Shown: positions 41,787-50,556 of the stretch, piece after piece
Layout: every line of letters begins with the position of its first letter
How positions within the stretch are numbered: position 1 is the stretch's first letter
NCBI GenBank assembly: GCA_009377695.1
Contig: WHTP01000002.1
Location: 37,473 to 101,472, forward strand
From: Hyphomicrobiales bacterium
GTDB taxonomy: Bacteria; Pseudomonadota; Alphaproteobacteria; Rhizobiales; Xanthobacteraceae
DNA length: 64,000 nucleotides
Direction of reading: 5' to 3'
Program-made: the position numbers and the translations under genes
Notes under the pieces: model-generated
Databases searched by the model: none
Told to the model about the DNA's origin: nothing
Seen by the model: the letters and a program-made list of their open reading frames with translations, nothing else

Positions 41787-42332
41787 ATGACCTGCCTCAC
41801 GTTCATGCAGCGCCGATCATTTGCCGCGCAGAAGGCGGCACGCACCCGCGCCAAGATGAAAAAAACGCGTGGTGAATTGCGCTGCGCGTGCGGCGCGCAG
41901 CGCCAACCAGGGCGCCATGAGTGCAAGGCGTGCCACGCCAAGTATGTGCGCGAGTGGCGCAAGACCCACAAGATGAGCGAGGCAGCGCGGGCGAGGGACG
42001 CCGCGCGTTCATACGCCAACGTCTACAAGCAGCGCGGCTTGATCGCTCCTCAACCGTGCACGCGCTGCGGTGCGCCCGGGACCGAAATGCACCATGCCGA
42101 CTATTCGCGTCCGTTGGACGTCGAGTGGCTGTGCCGGCCCTGTCATGTCGCAGAACACCACCCAGAAGCCACTGTCTGCACCAGTTGCGGCGGCCCGCTG
42201 GACACCAATCGCACGCGATGCCGTGCGTGTTGGGCGGGTTACATGCGCGCTTACCGTAAGCGTGACGTCGCACGTGGAACGTCCGAGGAAACATCGTTCG
42301 CGATCGTCGGCCAACTCTCGCAAGGCGCCTGA
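41787..42332 (+). CDS. Cys-rich zinc-finger/HNH-like phage protein
   Basis: CTRCGAPGTEMHHADYSRPLDVEWLCRPCHVAEHH, plus further CxxC pairs. Confidence 0.55.
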   Translation: MTCLTFMQRRSFAAQKAARTRAKMKKTRGELRCACGAQRQPGRHECKACHAKYVREWRKTHKMSEAARARDAARSYANVYKQRGLIAPQPCTRCGAPGTEMHHADYSRPLDVEWLCRPCHVAEHHPEATVCTSCGGPLDTNRTRCRACWAGYMRAYRKRDVARGTSEETSFAIVGQLSQGA

Positions 42333-42462
42333 CGATGCACACCCATCGCCGCACGCTTCCCCACCCACATGCACGTGCGGCGTTCACTGACGGCGTCGAG
42401 CAATCCGGATCGGCTACCTGCTCGACGCCGTCTTCTTCCTGGCGCGAGAAAGGGCGACGGCG

Positions 42463-42825
42463 ATGACCGACTTGGAGATTTTGGTTTCCGCGCGAGCGAT
42501 GATCGCGGACGTGAGCGATTGGTGGGACGGCCGGCATGTCGCCGGAGAAAGGCGCATCACCAATTGCGCGCTGTCGGCGCTCGTGGCACTCGCTCCAGCC
42601 GAGCGGTCGCTGAGTGCCGCGACAAAGCTCGCCAAGGCTATGGGGATCGCCAGCGCGTGCGACATCCCAACCTATAACGACACCCGCGGCCACAAGGCCG
42701 TCATCACCGCTTACGACCGCGCCATCGCGTTTGAGCGTGCCGAAGTAGCGGTGCGCGCCATCATGGCCGAAGCGTTGCAGGCTACGACGCTTGCCATCAC
42801 CGACGCGCCCGCGTTGGTCGACTGA
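42463..42825 (+). CDS. Hypothetical phage protein
   Basis: Track ORF followed by a strong terminator. Confidence 0.55.
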   Translation: MTDLEILVSARAMIADVSDWWDGRHVAGERRITNCALSALVALAPAERSLSAATKLAKAMGIASACDIPTYNDTRGHKAVITAYDRAIAFERAEVAVRAIMAEALQATTLAITDAPALVD

Positions 42826-42831
42826 GTTTCT

Positions 42832-42866
42832 CCCGCCGAGCGTTGTCGCGCCCGGCGGGTTTTTTT
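42832..42866 (+). terminator. Rho-independent terminator (CCCGCCG...CGGCGGG plus T7)
   Basis: Read directly. Confidence 0.8.
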
Positions 42867-42898
42867 GTGTGTGTGAGTAGCGTTCGAGTGAGGAAGAC

Positions 42899-43312
42899 AT
42901 GACGGCATTGACGGTAGCTAATGGTTCCGAAATCGCAATTTGTGCATCGGTCAGAACTGTCCTCGCGGACGGACAACCCCGTCCGCGAAAGTCGAACAGC
43001 GCCTTCTCGACAATGTGCATGGCGCTGTGGGGCGATACAGCGACAGGCGCGCTCTACGACCTCGTTGGCCAGCACCTCGGCTACAGCGATCCGGACACCG
43101 CGTTGCGTCAATGCCGGCGCTGGGCACGTGGCGAGACCGACCCGCCGTGGCTCGTCCTCTGGATGCTCATCCGATCACGCGAGGGCTATCGCGTGCTCCG
43201 CTACATCAACAAGCAAGGCGCGCCGCCAACCTATTGGACGGTCATCGGCGAGTGGCAGCAGAAGGCCGCGCTCGTCGACCGGCTTTGTAAGTGCGTGAGT
43301 GAACTCAACTAG
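42899..43312 (+). CDS. Hypothetical phage protein
   Basis: Track ORF. The start could be an internal ATG. Confidence 0.45.
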   Translation: MTALTVANGSEIAICASVRTVLADGQPRPRKSNSAFSTMCMALWGDTATGALYDLVGQHLGYSDPDTALRQCRRWARGETDPPWLVLWMLIRSREGYRVLRYINKQGAPPTYWTVIGEWQQKAALVDRLCKCVSELN

Positions 43313-43325
43313 CCAGGGAGAGACC

Positions 43326-43970
43326 ATGGCGAAGAAGGCAAAGACCGCGAAGCCCGCGAAACCCGCCAAGGCTGCAAAGCCGAAGGCGCGGAATGAGAAG
43401 CCGGCGAAGGCTGCAAAGCCCAAGCCGACGGCCGAGCAAATGAGCGACGATCAGCGGCGCGTGCTGCTGTTCAACCACAAGCGCAAGGTCAAGCCGCTGA
43501 TCGCGGCGAAGAAGCTTGCCGATGCCAACCTTCAAAAGCAGTACGAGCTCGCCAAGAAGGAAGGCATCACCAAGAAGCAGATCGAGACCGCCATCCTCCT
43601 CGAAACCGAGGAAGGTCACGAGAAGCTCAAGGCCCAGGTTCAGCACATCCTCGACATCGACCGCTGGATGGGCAAGGAGCTCGGCACGCAGCTCGAGTTA
43701 TTCACCAAAGACTCGGCTGCCGAACGCGACTTCGATGCCGGCAAGCGCGCCGCGCTCGACGACGAGATCCGCAAGCCGCCCGAGCATCTGTCGCAGGCAG
43801 GCCAACAGCGTTGGCTTGCCGGCTATGCCGAGGGCATCGAGCAGATCAACAAGACCCGGGAGACCGGGTTCAAGCCGCTTGGTGAGGTTGCGTTAGGCGT
43901 AATGGCAGACGCGGCGGGCGCCGAAGCGGTTGATAGTCTCGCCCAGCCTGACCACCAGGCGGCCGCGTGA
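43326..43970 (+). CDS. Phage protein with a Lys/Ala/Pro-rich histone-H1-like N-terminus
   Basis: GGGAGAG precedes ATG 43326. Translation: MAKKAKTAKPAKPAKAAKPKARNEKPAKAAKPKP... Confidence 0.6.
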   Translation: MAKKAKTAKPAKPAKAAKPKARNEKPAKAAKPKPTAEQMSDDQRRVLLFNHKRKVKPLIAAKKLADANLQKQYELAKKEGITKKQIETAILLETEEGHEKLKAQVQHILDIDRWMGKELGTQLELFTKDSAAERDFDAGKRAALDDEIRKPPEHLSQAGQQRWLAGYAEGIEQINKTRETGFKPLGEVALGVMADAAGAEAVDSLAQPDHQAAA

Positions 43971-43973
43971 GCC

Positions 43974-44516
43974 ATGGCGGACCGCCCCTACATCATCGCG
44001 CTTGATCCCGCCACCAACACCGGGATTTGCGAAGGGCAGGTCGGGCGAGCCCCGACGCTGCACGCGCAATATTTCGGCGGCGCGGGCGATCACGATGCTC
44101 TGTACGGGGCGGCCACCGCTTTCTTTGCGACGTTTCTACTCACTCGAAAGCCCGACCTGATCGCGATCGAAGCGCCGATCTATGACGGCAATGGCCGCAC
44201 CAGCCTGGACGCGATCGCCATCAGCCGCGGGCTCTACGCGATTTTCACCGGCATAGCGCGCGCCAAGGGCATCCAGACGATCCGCGCGCCGATCGGCACA
44301 TGGCGAAAGTTCTTCCTCGGCCGCGGCAACCTCAATGGCAAAGAGGCGAAGTCACAGTCCGTGAAGCTGTGCGCGCAGCTTGGTTGGAAAGCACCGACAC
44401 ACGACGCGGCGGAAGCCGCTGGGATCTGGATGTGGGCCGGATCGCAGATCGCCCCGCGCTGCGCGCAGCGTGTCGAACCTCTCTTCGTAGCAAATGGAGT
44501 GTGCAGCAATGGGTAG
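43974..44516 (+). CDS. RuvC-like Holliday junction resolvase
   Basis: IIALDPATNTG...LIAIEAP...HDAAEAAGIW: the catalytic acidic residue pattern. Confidence 0.75.
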   Translation: MADRPYIIALDPATNTGICEGQVGRAPTLHAQYFGGAGDHDALYGAATAFFATFLLTRKPDLIAIEAPIYDGNGRTSLDAIAISRGLYAIFTGIARAKGIQTIRAPIGTWRKFFLGRGNLNGKEAKSQSVKLCAQLGWKAPTHDAAEAAGIWMWAGSQIAPRCAQRVEPLFVANGVCSNG

Positions 44517-44763
44517 GAACCGCAACTACAAGAACGCGAAGGACATCCGCGAGCAGCCGAACTTCAACGCCACGAAGATCACGGACGGCATCGCCGTTCG
44601 GGCGCAATCAGAGGCGTTCGCGCGTGCGCTCCTGGCAACGCCGGAAGGCAACAAGGCACGCCGCGACTTCCTCAAGCGCGGCAACCAGCCCGGCAACGCC
44701 TATCCGCGCTACCGCTCGCCGGCGTCGGTCACTCCGTACATCCGATCGAACGCGGACTGGTGA
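44494..44763 (+). CDS. Hypothetical phage protein (start 44494 or 44509)
   Basis: Track ORF overlapping the RuvC-like 3' end. Confidence 0.45.
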   Translation: MECAAMGRNRNYKNAKDIREQPNFNATKITDGIAVRAQSEAFARALLATPEGNKARRDFLKRGNQPGNAYPRYRSPASVTPYIRSNADW

Positions 44764-44960
44764 CGGCAATGCGCGGGGAATCCTGGGCATCTGTGAAGAT
44801 CGACATGCCGCCATCGCTGGTCGACCGCATCGAGGAGGCAGCGCGAAAACGCGGCGTCAGGCGCGCGCCCCTCATACGCGAAATGCTCGAGAAGGCGCTC
44901 GACAGTGTCGAAGCGCCGCCGATTGCAACGGAGGCAATAGGTGAAACTGAGCGAGCCTGA
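44760..44960 (+). CDS. Ribbon-helix-helix (CopG/Arc-like) protein
   Basis: ASVKIDMPPSLVDRIEEAARKRGVRRAPLIREMLEKAL. Confidence 0.65.
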   Translation: MTAMRGESWASVKIDMPPSLVDRIEEAARKRGVRRAPLIREMLEKALDSVEAPPIATEAIGETERA

Positions 44961-45005
44961 TTTCACCGGGCAGCTGCGCCGGCCCGTGATCGTAGGAGCG
45001 CAGCC

Positions 45006-45914
45006 ATGAGCGAGCGCGGGGTTTTCGGCGTCGACCGAGGGATCTTCGAACACCATTGGCTGGCGGGCGAGCCGTACACGCGCATCCAGGCATGGCAGTG
45101 GCTTTGCGCCGAGGCCGCATGGAAGCCGCGGCGCTCCCTGGTCGCCGGCATGATGGTCGAGCTCGAACGCGCGCAACTCGCGCATTCGCTCAGTCACATG
45201 GCGAAGACCTGGCAGTGGTCGATCAAGCGGGTGCGCACCTTCATCCGCCGGCTCAAGCAAGACGACATGGTCGTCATCGGGCACAGAAAGGGCACAGCAA
45301 AGGGCACAGGGCTGACCCTTCTAACCATCTGTAATTACGACGAATATAACTTCGGCACATTGCCGAAGGGCACAGCAAAGGGCACGCCCGGGGCACAGCA
45401 GGGGCACAAACCAGAAGAAGATAGATTGATAGATGGGAGGGATACGGGCACGCAGCGCGCGAAAGCGTTCGAAGAAGCCCGCAACCCGAGCAAGTGCACG
45501 GTCTCGGAAGACGCCCACGACCTAGCGCGCGAATTCCTCATCGCGATCGGCGTCGAGCCCGAGCATCCTGAACTCTACGGCATGTCCGGAGTGCCTTACG
45601 CCGCGCAGATGTGGTTGTCGCGCGGCTACGAGCGCGCGCTGATCCTTGCGACCGCGGCTGAGAAGGCCGCGCGCTACGGACCGAACAAGCCGATCGGCTT
45701 CTACACGAAGTGCTTCGAGACAGCGCACCAAAGCCGGCCCGCACCGGGCCAGCGCAACTTCCCGCTTCTCCAAACCATCGAGGGAAACAATGGCCCAAGA
45801 GCCGATGCGAGCGACTTCATCCACCCCGCTGCCCGAAATCTCAGCTTCGCAGCCCTTGGTGCCAGCCTCAGGCGACAGGCTGCGGCGCGGCGTCGCGACG
45901 ATCCAGCAGCGTAG
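45006..45914 (+). CDS. Replication initiator (lambda O / DnaD-like winged-helix N-terminus) containing internal iterons
   Basis: ...AWQWLCAEAAWKPR...ELERAQLAHSLSHMAKTWQWSIKRVRTFIRRLKQDDMVV... The central GTAKGT peptide repeats are encoded by the iterons. Confidence 0.65.
   Translation: MSERGVFGVDRGIFEHHWLAGEPYTRIQAWQWLCAEAAWKPRRSLVAGMMVELERAQLAHSLSHMAKTWQWSIKRVRTFIRRLKQDDMVVIGHRKGTAKGTGLTLLTICNYDEYNFGTLPKGTAKGTPGAQQGHKPEEDRLIDGRDTGTQRAKAFEEARNPSKCTVSEDAHDLAREFLIAIGVEPEHPELYGMSGVPYAAQMWLSRGYERALILATAAEKAARYGPNKPIGFYTKCFETAHQSRPAPGQRNFPLLQTIEGNNGPRADASDFIHPAARNLSFAALGASLRRQAAARRRDDPAA
45279..45409. repeat. Origin-like iteron array
   Basis: GGGCACAG at 45279, 45290, 45302, 45368 and 45391. Variants GGGCACG at 45380 and GGGCACAA at 45402. 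Spacing is 11-12 bp. The two blocks are split by an AT-rich spacer (45325-45355). Confidence 0.75.
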
Positions 45915-46482
45915 CGGCCTGCCGCCGAGCTTCGACGCCGACGCTGACCAGATCGTGCCGAACCGCTGCTACAGCGCATGGATCCCGAAGACGGGACCGC
46001 GGCCGTTGCGCAAGCGTCTCAGCTACTACGAGCGCACGACCGTCGAGCAGCGCGTCGAGGCCCTGCGCCGCGCGGTAGAGCCATTCGGCCCTGGTGACAC
46101 AGACCTCTGCGCCGGCGCGATCTCGACGATGTTCGGGAAGTACCCGCAGCTTCGCCAGCAGGGCGCCGACGTCCTCACGATGGTCAACGAAATGCTCGGC
46201 ACGCTTCGCGACATGCCGCCGTGGGCCATCGTCGACGGGTGCGAGCTCGTCGGCGACGGCAGGGCCGGACTCAAGCCGAGCTTTCCGCCGACCAATGCCG
46301 AGGTGCGAGCGGTCGTCGAGCGCGTGCTGCAGCCCTATCGAGTGCGGCTTGCCGCTGCCGAGGCGCTGTTGCTCGCGCCCTTGGAAGGCGATGAGGGCCG
46401 GGCGCCTCCACGAGACAAGCCGAACATCGATCCTCTCGCCGCACAGCTTGGGCGTGATCCGCGGAGTACGAGCCGCGGGTAG
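45790..46482 (+). CDS. Hypothetical protein downstream of the initiator (possible replication partner)
   Basis: GAGG precedes ATG 45790. Overlaps the initiator ORF by 125 nt. Confidence 0.5.
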   Translation: MAQEPMRATSSTPLPEISASQPLVPASGDRLRRGVATIQQRSGLPPSFDADADQIVPNRCYSAWIPKTGPRPLRKRLSYYERTTVEQRVEALRRAVEPFGPGDTDLCAGAISTMFGKYPQLRQQGADVLTMVNEMLGTLRDMPPWAIVDGCELVGDGRAGLKPSFPPTNAEVRAVVERVLQPYRVRLAAAEALLLAPLEGDEGRAPPRDKPNIDPLAAQLGRDPRSTSRG

Positions 46483-46815
46483 GCGCCTCCCCGCGGGGGA
46501 GGTGCAGGTCGGGGGACCTATCATCGTGATAGGCTTAAGCCGCATTGCTTGGACTTCCAGCGGCCATGTGACCCCGAGACACTGGTGACCGTTCGGGCCT
46601 CCGGGACAAGGGGGCCCGTGCATCCGAACTTACGGCACCGCCTCAGGACGATGACGGGGCCGTCTTTCATTGGCCCGTCAGGAACATTGTACCGAGCTAC
46701 CCGTTTGGGTCATGGCAAGTCCAGGATCCCCCCGTCCCCCCCGACTAGCCTGGAGTTGCTAGGGCCCCGCGTGTTGGCGTTACATGCGGGGTCCTTCCGT
46801 TTTATGGAGGGGGAA
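46483..46815 (+). ncRNA. Candidate structured noncoding region (long leader or sRNA); no convincing ORF
   Basis: Several GC-rich hairpins read directly: GCGCCTCCCCGCGGGGGAGGTGC (46483-46505), CCTATCA-TCG-TGATAGG (46517-46533), GACGGGGCC...GGCCCGTC (46652-46679), CTAGC...GCTAG (46745-46762), GGCCCCGC...GCGGGGTCC (46763-46793). Confidence 0.35.
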
Positions 46816-46908
46816 ATGAGCTCAGGTACACTTTGGACTATTGGAGCGCTGGTCTTCACCATCGCCCTCTGGGCCTTCATTCTGTATGCATGCCACCGTC
46901 GCAGGTAG
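46816..46908 (+). CDS. 30-aa hydrophobic peptide MSSGTLWTIGALVFTIALWAFILYACHRRR
   Basis: GGAGG lies 5 nt before ATG 46816. One TM helix and a basic C-terminus. Confidence 0.45.
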   Translation: MSSGTLWTIGALVFTIALWAFILYACHRRR

Positions 46909-47004
46909 GGCGGGCTCGACCCAATACTCTGGCCCGCGCTCCATGTCCCAAAAATTGCTAATCCGTGCTAAGGGGCGATTCGTTAGAGCCGCGAGGAGGC
47001 AACC

Positions 47005-47304
47005 ATGATCAATCCCACCGTTGGGCGCATCGTCTATTACTGGCCGGGCGGCCGCGCCCATACCGAGGATCCCGGGCGGCAGCCGCTCGCGGCGACGATC
47101 GCCCACGTCCACAACGAGCGCATGATCAACATCGGCTATTTACAGATCGATGGCGTGGCGAGGGACGCCTCCTGCGTGCCGCTCGTCCAGGACGGCGACG
47201 AGCGCCCTGACGCCGCTTTCTGCGAGTGGATGCCCTATCAGAAGGGCCAAGCGGCCAAGACCGAGCAGCTCGAGGCAAAGGTCGAGACCCAGCCCGCCGG
47301 CTGA
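47005..47304 (+). CDS. Hypothetical phage protein
   Basis: GAGGAGG precedes ATG 47005. Confidence 0.6.
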   Translation: MINPTVGRIVYYWPGGRAHTEDPGRQPLAATIAHVHNERMINIGYLQIDGVARDASCVPLVQDGDERPDAAFCEWMPYQKGQAAKTEQLEAKVETQPAG

Positions 47305-47388
47305 GGCTCTGGCGCGACCGCCGCCGCCGTGGCATCTATCCGCCCGGGAGACTGACAAAGGACCATCGTTGGCCGGGGAACGCCAGGG

Positions 47389-48153
47389 ATGGGTCGCACG
47401 AAGGGGCGGCCGCCGTCACGGGCGCCGCGCACCGCATCGGGCCGGCCGATTGCCAAGGCCAACGGTGCTTACGTCCTATTTCATCGATTACGGAAGGCCG
47501 CGCTGGCGATCGGCACCGATCCGCGCATCCTGACCGAACTCACGCTTTTAGGCCTGCGGGGCGAACTGACCGACCGCCAGGTGTCGGCCGGGCTCAAGGT
47601 CGCCGAGATCTACCGGACATTCGAGCGATGGCACGGCAAGCGCAGAGCGACTGCCTCGCCCGACTTCGAGCGGACCTATGGGCGCGGCGGGGAGCGGGGC
47701 GACGACAGTGACGGGCGCGTCCTAAAGGCTGAGGAAGACTGGAAAAACCTCCAGGACATCATCGACGCGGACATCAGCGAGCGCCAGGGGCGCGAATTGA
47801 TTGAGAGCGTGTGTGTCGAGGACCGTCGGCCGCTCGACCAGGAGCTCGACGCCCTGCGCTCCTATCTCGATGTCATCGCGCGCGAGATCGTACGGGACAA
47901 GCGAGACCGCAAACGCAAGCGGGTGCAGCTACCGAGCATAGCGGTGACGGCGAAGGCGCCGCCACGCCCGGCGCCGAAGCGCGCCGACCTCGACAAGGCC
48001 GCCTGGATCGCCTGCGCGCGGCAGATGCGGCCCGACATCTCGCTAGAGCAGGCGGAAGCGGCCTGGCGCGACTATCTCGACCGGCGGGCGTTCGAGTTTG
48101 CCAAGGCCGACCGCGGCGCGTTCCGCCGCGACAAGGAGAGGAAGCGGGCATGA
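47389..48153 (+). CDS. Hypothetical phage protein (basic; possible regulator)
   Basis: Track ORF, coupled to the next two genes. Confidence 0.55.
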   Translation: MGRTKGRPPSRAPRTASGRPIAKANGAYVLFHRLRKAALAIGTDPRILTELTLLGLRGELTDRQVSAGLKVAEIYRTFERWHGKRRATASPDFERTYGRGGERGDDSDGRVLKAEEDWKNLQDIIDADISERQGRELIESVCVEDRRPLDQELDALRSYLDVIAREIVRDKRDRKRKRVQLPSIAVTAKAPPRPAPKRADLDKAAWIACARQMRPDISLEQAEAAWRDYLDRRAFEFAKADRGAFRRDKERKRA

Positions 48154-48455
48154 TCCGCAAGCACACCGAGGCGCTGCACAACTTCGTCGCGATGCTCGGC
48201 CCCAAGGCCCGCGTCTCCGATCCGGACAAGCTCCTAACTGGGCTTGCGGGCATGGGCATTTCGTTCGACGGAAGCGACGAGCCTATCGTCGGCTCCCTGC
48301 CGTCGGCCACCGCTGCGGATCTGCGGGACAACACGGTCTCGCTCAGGCTTAATCACGCGCGCATCCATGACTATGAGCGCCGTGCTTCATGGCCACTCCA
48401 CGATGTCGACGCAGAGCTGCGCGCCATCGGGTTCTGTGTCGCGAGGCTCAAATGA
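48150..48455 (+). CDS. Hypothetical phage protein
   Basis: ATGA overlap at 48150-48153. Confidence 0.5.
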   Translation: MIRKHTEALHNFVAMLGPKARVSDPDKLLTGLAGMGISFDGSDEPIVGSLPSATAADLRDNTVSLRLNHARIHDYERRASWPLHDVDAELRAIGFCVARLK

Positions 48456-48769
48456 TGATGAAGTCCATCACCACCAGCCGCCGGCGCTTCTTCGGGCTGA
48501 TGCCCGGCGGGGCGCTCGCTGTGAAGCAGGCCGCCGAGCAGACCATGCTCAAGCTCGCGAGTGGCGCACACGCGCCGCGCACGATCCTGCGCGATACGTT
48601 ACGGGAGACCGAGCATCCGAACACGACGGCGGGCCAGACGACCGAGATCATCCCCGGCTTCAACTGGGGCAAGCTGCGCGACGAGGCCATCACCAAGGCG
48701 TTGAACACACCTGCGCGCCCGCTGATCTCAGCATCAAGATCGCGACACGCGCTGGTTGCGCCCGCTTGA
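48452..48769 (+). CDS. Hypothetical protein with a twin-arginine-like N-terminus (TSRRRFFGLMPGGALAV)
   Basis: ATGA overlap at 48452-48455. Confidence 0.45.
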   Translation: MMMKSITTSRRRFFGLMPGGALAVKQAAEQTMLKLASGAHAPRTILRDTLRETEHPNTTAGQTTEIIPGFNWGKLRDEAITKALNTPARPLISASRSRHALVAPA

Positions 48770-48796
48770 CGCTGCGCCGTGGTGGCGCAATCATTG

Positions 48797-48858
48797 CTGG
48801 CGCCCGGCAAACTTCGACGGAGTGTTGTCGCGCTAGTTGTCGCACTTGCCGACCGGCA
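48797..48858 (+). pseudogene. C-terminal fragment of an XRE-family regulator (...PGKLRRSVVALVVALADRQG stop)
   Basis: Direct repeat of 49933-49990. Resembles the conserved C-terminal tail of alphaproteobacterial XRE regulators (from memory). Confidence 0.4.
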
Positions 48859-48961
48859 AGGTTAGGCGCGCGGCGCCTCAGTTTGAAATTTGGCGGCTTG
48901 ACGCGGGTGTCGCGCCTTCGGCTCCTATATGCTTAGCGGAAAGCAGGAGTAGCGGCGGCGA

Positions 48962-49690
48962 TCAGTACCGCGCCGCGACCGGTGCCGACCACGGGCCAAA
49001 GCGATAGTTGATACCGAACTTCACGACGTGGATCTCTTGATCGATGTCGAGCGGAAATGTGAAGTTGTTGTCTGGGAATGTGAGGTCCACGCTGTCGCTG
49101 CCGAAGTTCAAATATTGATACTCGCCCTTGGCCGACCAGTTGCCTCCCAGCGCCACCTCGATGCCGCCGCCGACAGTCCAGCCGGTGCGGGTAGTGTCAC
49201 CACTGGCGACGCGAGACGGATCAGATATGCGGGCGAAGTCGAATTTGTCATGTGCGAACGCGAAGCCGCCCTTGGCGTAGACGAGCACGCGGTCAAAGGC
49301 ATAGCCGAGGCGGCCAGTGACGGTGCCGAGCCACTCGACTTTGCTTGAGAACTTTTGGCCAAAGATGTCTGTATGATCGCCGGTCAGGTCTGCCCAGCTG
49401 ATATCAGCCTCAAGGCCGAGGACCCAATTGCTCGGGCTCTGCCAATTGAAGCCGATCTGACCACCGGCGATAAAGCCGTTCGTATCATGCGACCCCAACG
49501 GATCGCCATTATCAAACCAATCCTTGGTGCCGAATCCACCACCGACGTGCGCGCCGATGTAGAAGCCGGTCCAATTATAGACCATCGGAGGAGGCGGCGG
49601 CGGAGCCTTGTAAACCGGCATGTCGGCAGCCAATGCAGGACCGGCGATCAAGGCGCCAGTGGCGACGCCAGCCAGCAGGATTTTCCTCAT
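48962..49690 (-). CDS. Omp25/Omp31/RopB-like beta-barrel outer membrane protein
   Basis: Signal peptide MRKILLAGVATGALIAGPALA, then YNWTGFYIGAHVGGGFG...GINYRF-type strands. Confidence 0.85.
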   Translation of the reverse strand: MRKILLAGVATGALIAGPALAADMPVYKAPPPPPPMVYNWTGFYIGAHVGGGFGTKDWFDNGDPLGSHDTNGFIAGGQIGFNWQSPSNWVLGLEADISWADLTGDHTDIFGQKFSSKVEWLGTVTGRLGYAFDRVLVYAKGGFAFAHDKFDFARISDPSRVASGDTTRTGWTVGGGIEVALGGNWSAKGEYQYLNFGSDSVDLTFPDNNFTFPLDIDQEIHVVKFGINYRFGPWSAPVAARY

Positions 49691-49899
49691 GATAGCCCCC
49701 GAGTCTAAAAGCTGTAGGGCATTAATAGCACACGCAACCGGCAATCGTTGTTGCAGCGGGACCACAAGTCACAATTAATCGCAAGTGCGTTAGCGTCGTT
49801 TGGCGGTAGCTACTTGCCGCTCGCGCGGCCCCCTGCACGGTTGCCGGGATCAAGACCGAGGTCCTGTCCTAATTCCAGCCCCCGTTGTCGCAGTTCCCG

Positions 49900-50186
49900 G
49901 AACCGCTCCTAAGCGCCTTCCAGAAATTGCCGACCGGCAAACTCCGGCGACGTGTTGTCGCGCTCGTTGAGGAGCTTGCCGACCCTACGATCAGTTTCGC
50001 CACATCGGGCATGTCGACCCCGACATCGCCGTGCATCGCTCGTTCTCGCTGGCGGCGAAGCTGTGCTACCAGCGCCAGCGCATGGTGCAGGCCGAGATCC
50101 GCGAGGCGGTGCAGGAGAAGACGACATGGCAGAAGCTCCGAAGCTGGCGGGAAGGGGTCTTGAGCGTCCTCGACAAGCTCGGCTGA
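49900..50186 (+). pseudogene. Second XRE-regulator C-terminal fragment, followed by a frame-shifted start-less ORF
   Basis: ...LLSAFQKLPTGKLRRRVVALVEELADP, then in another frame ...YDQFRHIGHVDPDIAVHRSFSLAAKLCYQRQRMVQAEIREAVQEK...VLDKLG stop. No usable start codon. Confidence 0.4.
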
Positions 50187-50556
50187 CTTGACGCGCTGGC
50201 CTGCTTCGGCTACGCGATAAATCCACACTTGCCCATGAGTGTGACGCCCCTTCGCGAGCCCTGCGCCAGCACAGCGTGGGGCTTTTGCTTTATGCCCTGA
50301 CGCCTTGACCTCTGTGCACCAGCGCCTTGCCTTCGGGCCGCTGCTGGAGAAAGCCATGTCTCGGTGCCGCGACCGCGCCCCCTCGGTCGATCGGCTAGGG
50401 GCACCAGATCACGCAGTGTTTCCGTTAGGAAACACTCGTAAGTCACTAAAAAGTAAGAGAATACTTGCGTAAGCGATTTGCGCCGGCGATTCGCCTGCCG
50501 CGCGGCGCGCACCTCTGCGGTCCCGGTCGAAGGCATGGGTCTCCCCCCGGTCCTTT

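Noticed and set aside
43326-43460. AKP/AAKPK DNA repeats as a noncoding tandem repeat (and the D/A/K-rich repeats at 58300-58520)
   Set aside because: They lie in frame inside well-supported ORFs (an H1-like tail and the scaffold protein), so this is low-complexity coding sequence.
46483-46815. tmRNA, a tRNA-like gene, or a group I/II intron in the structured region
   Set aside because: I could find no tRNA-like acceptor/T-arm, no tag-peptide reading frame, no domain V-like motif and no reverse transcriptase or maturase nearby. It is kept only as an unclassified structured-RNA candidate.
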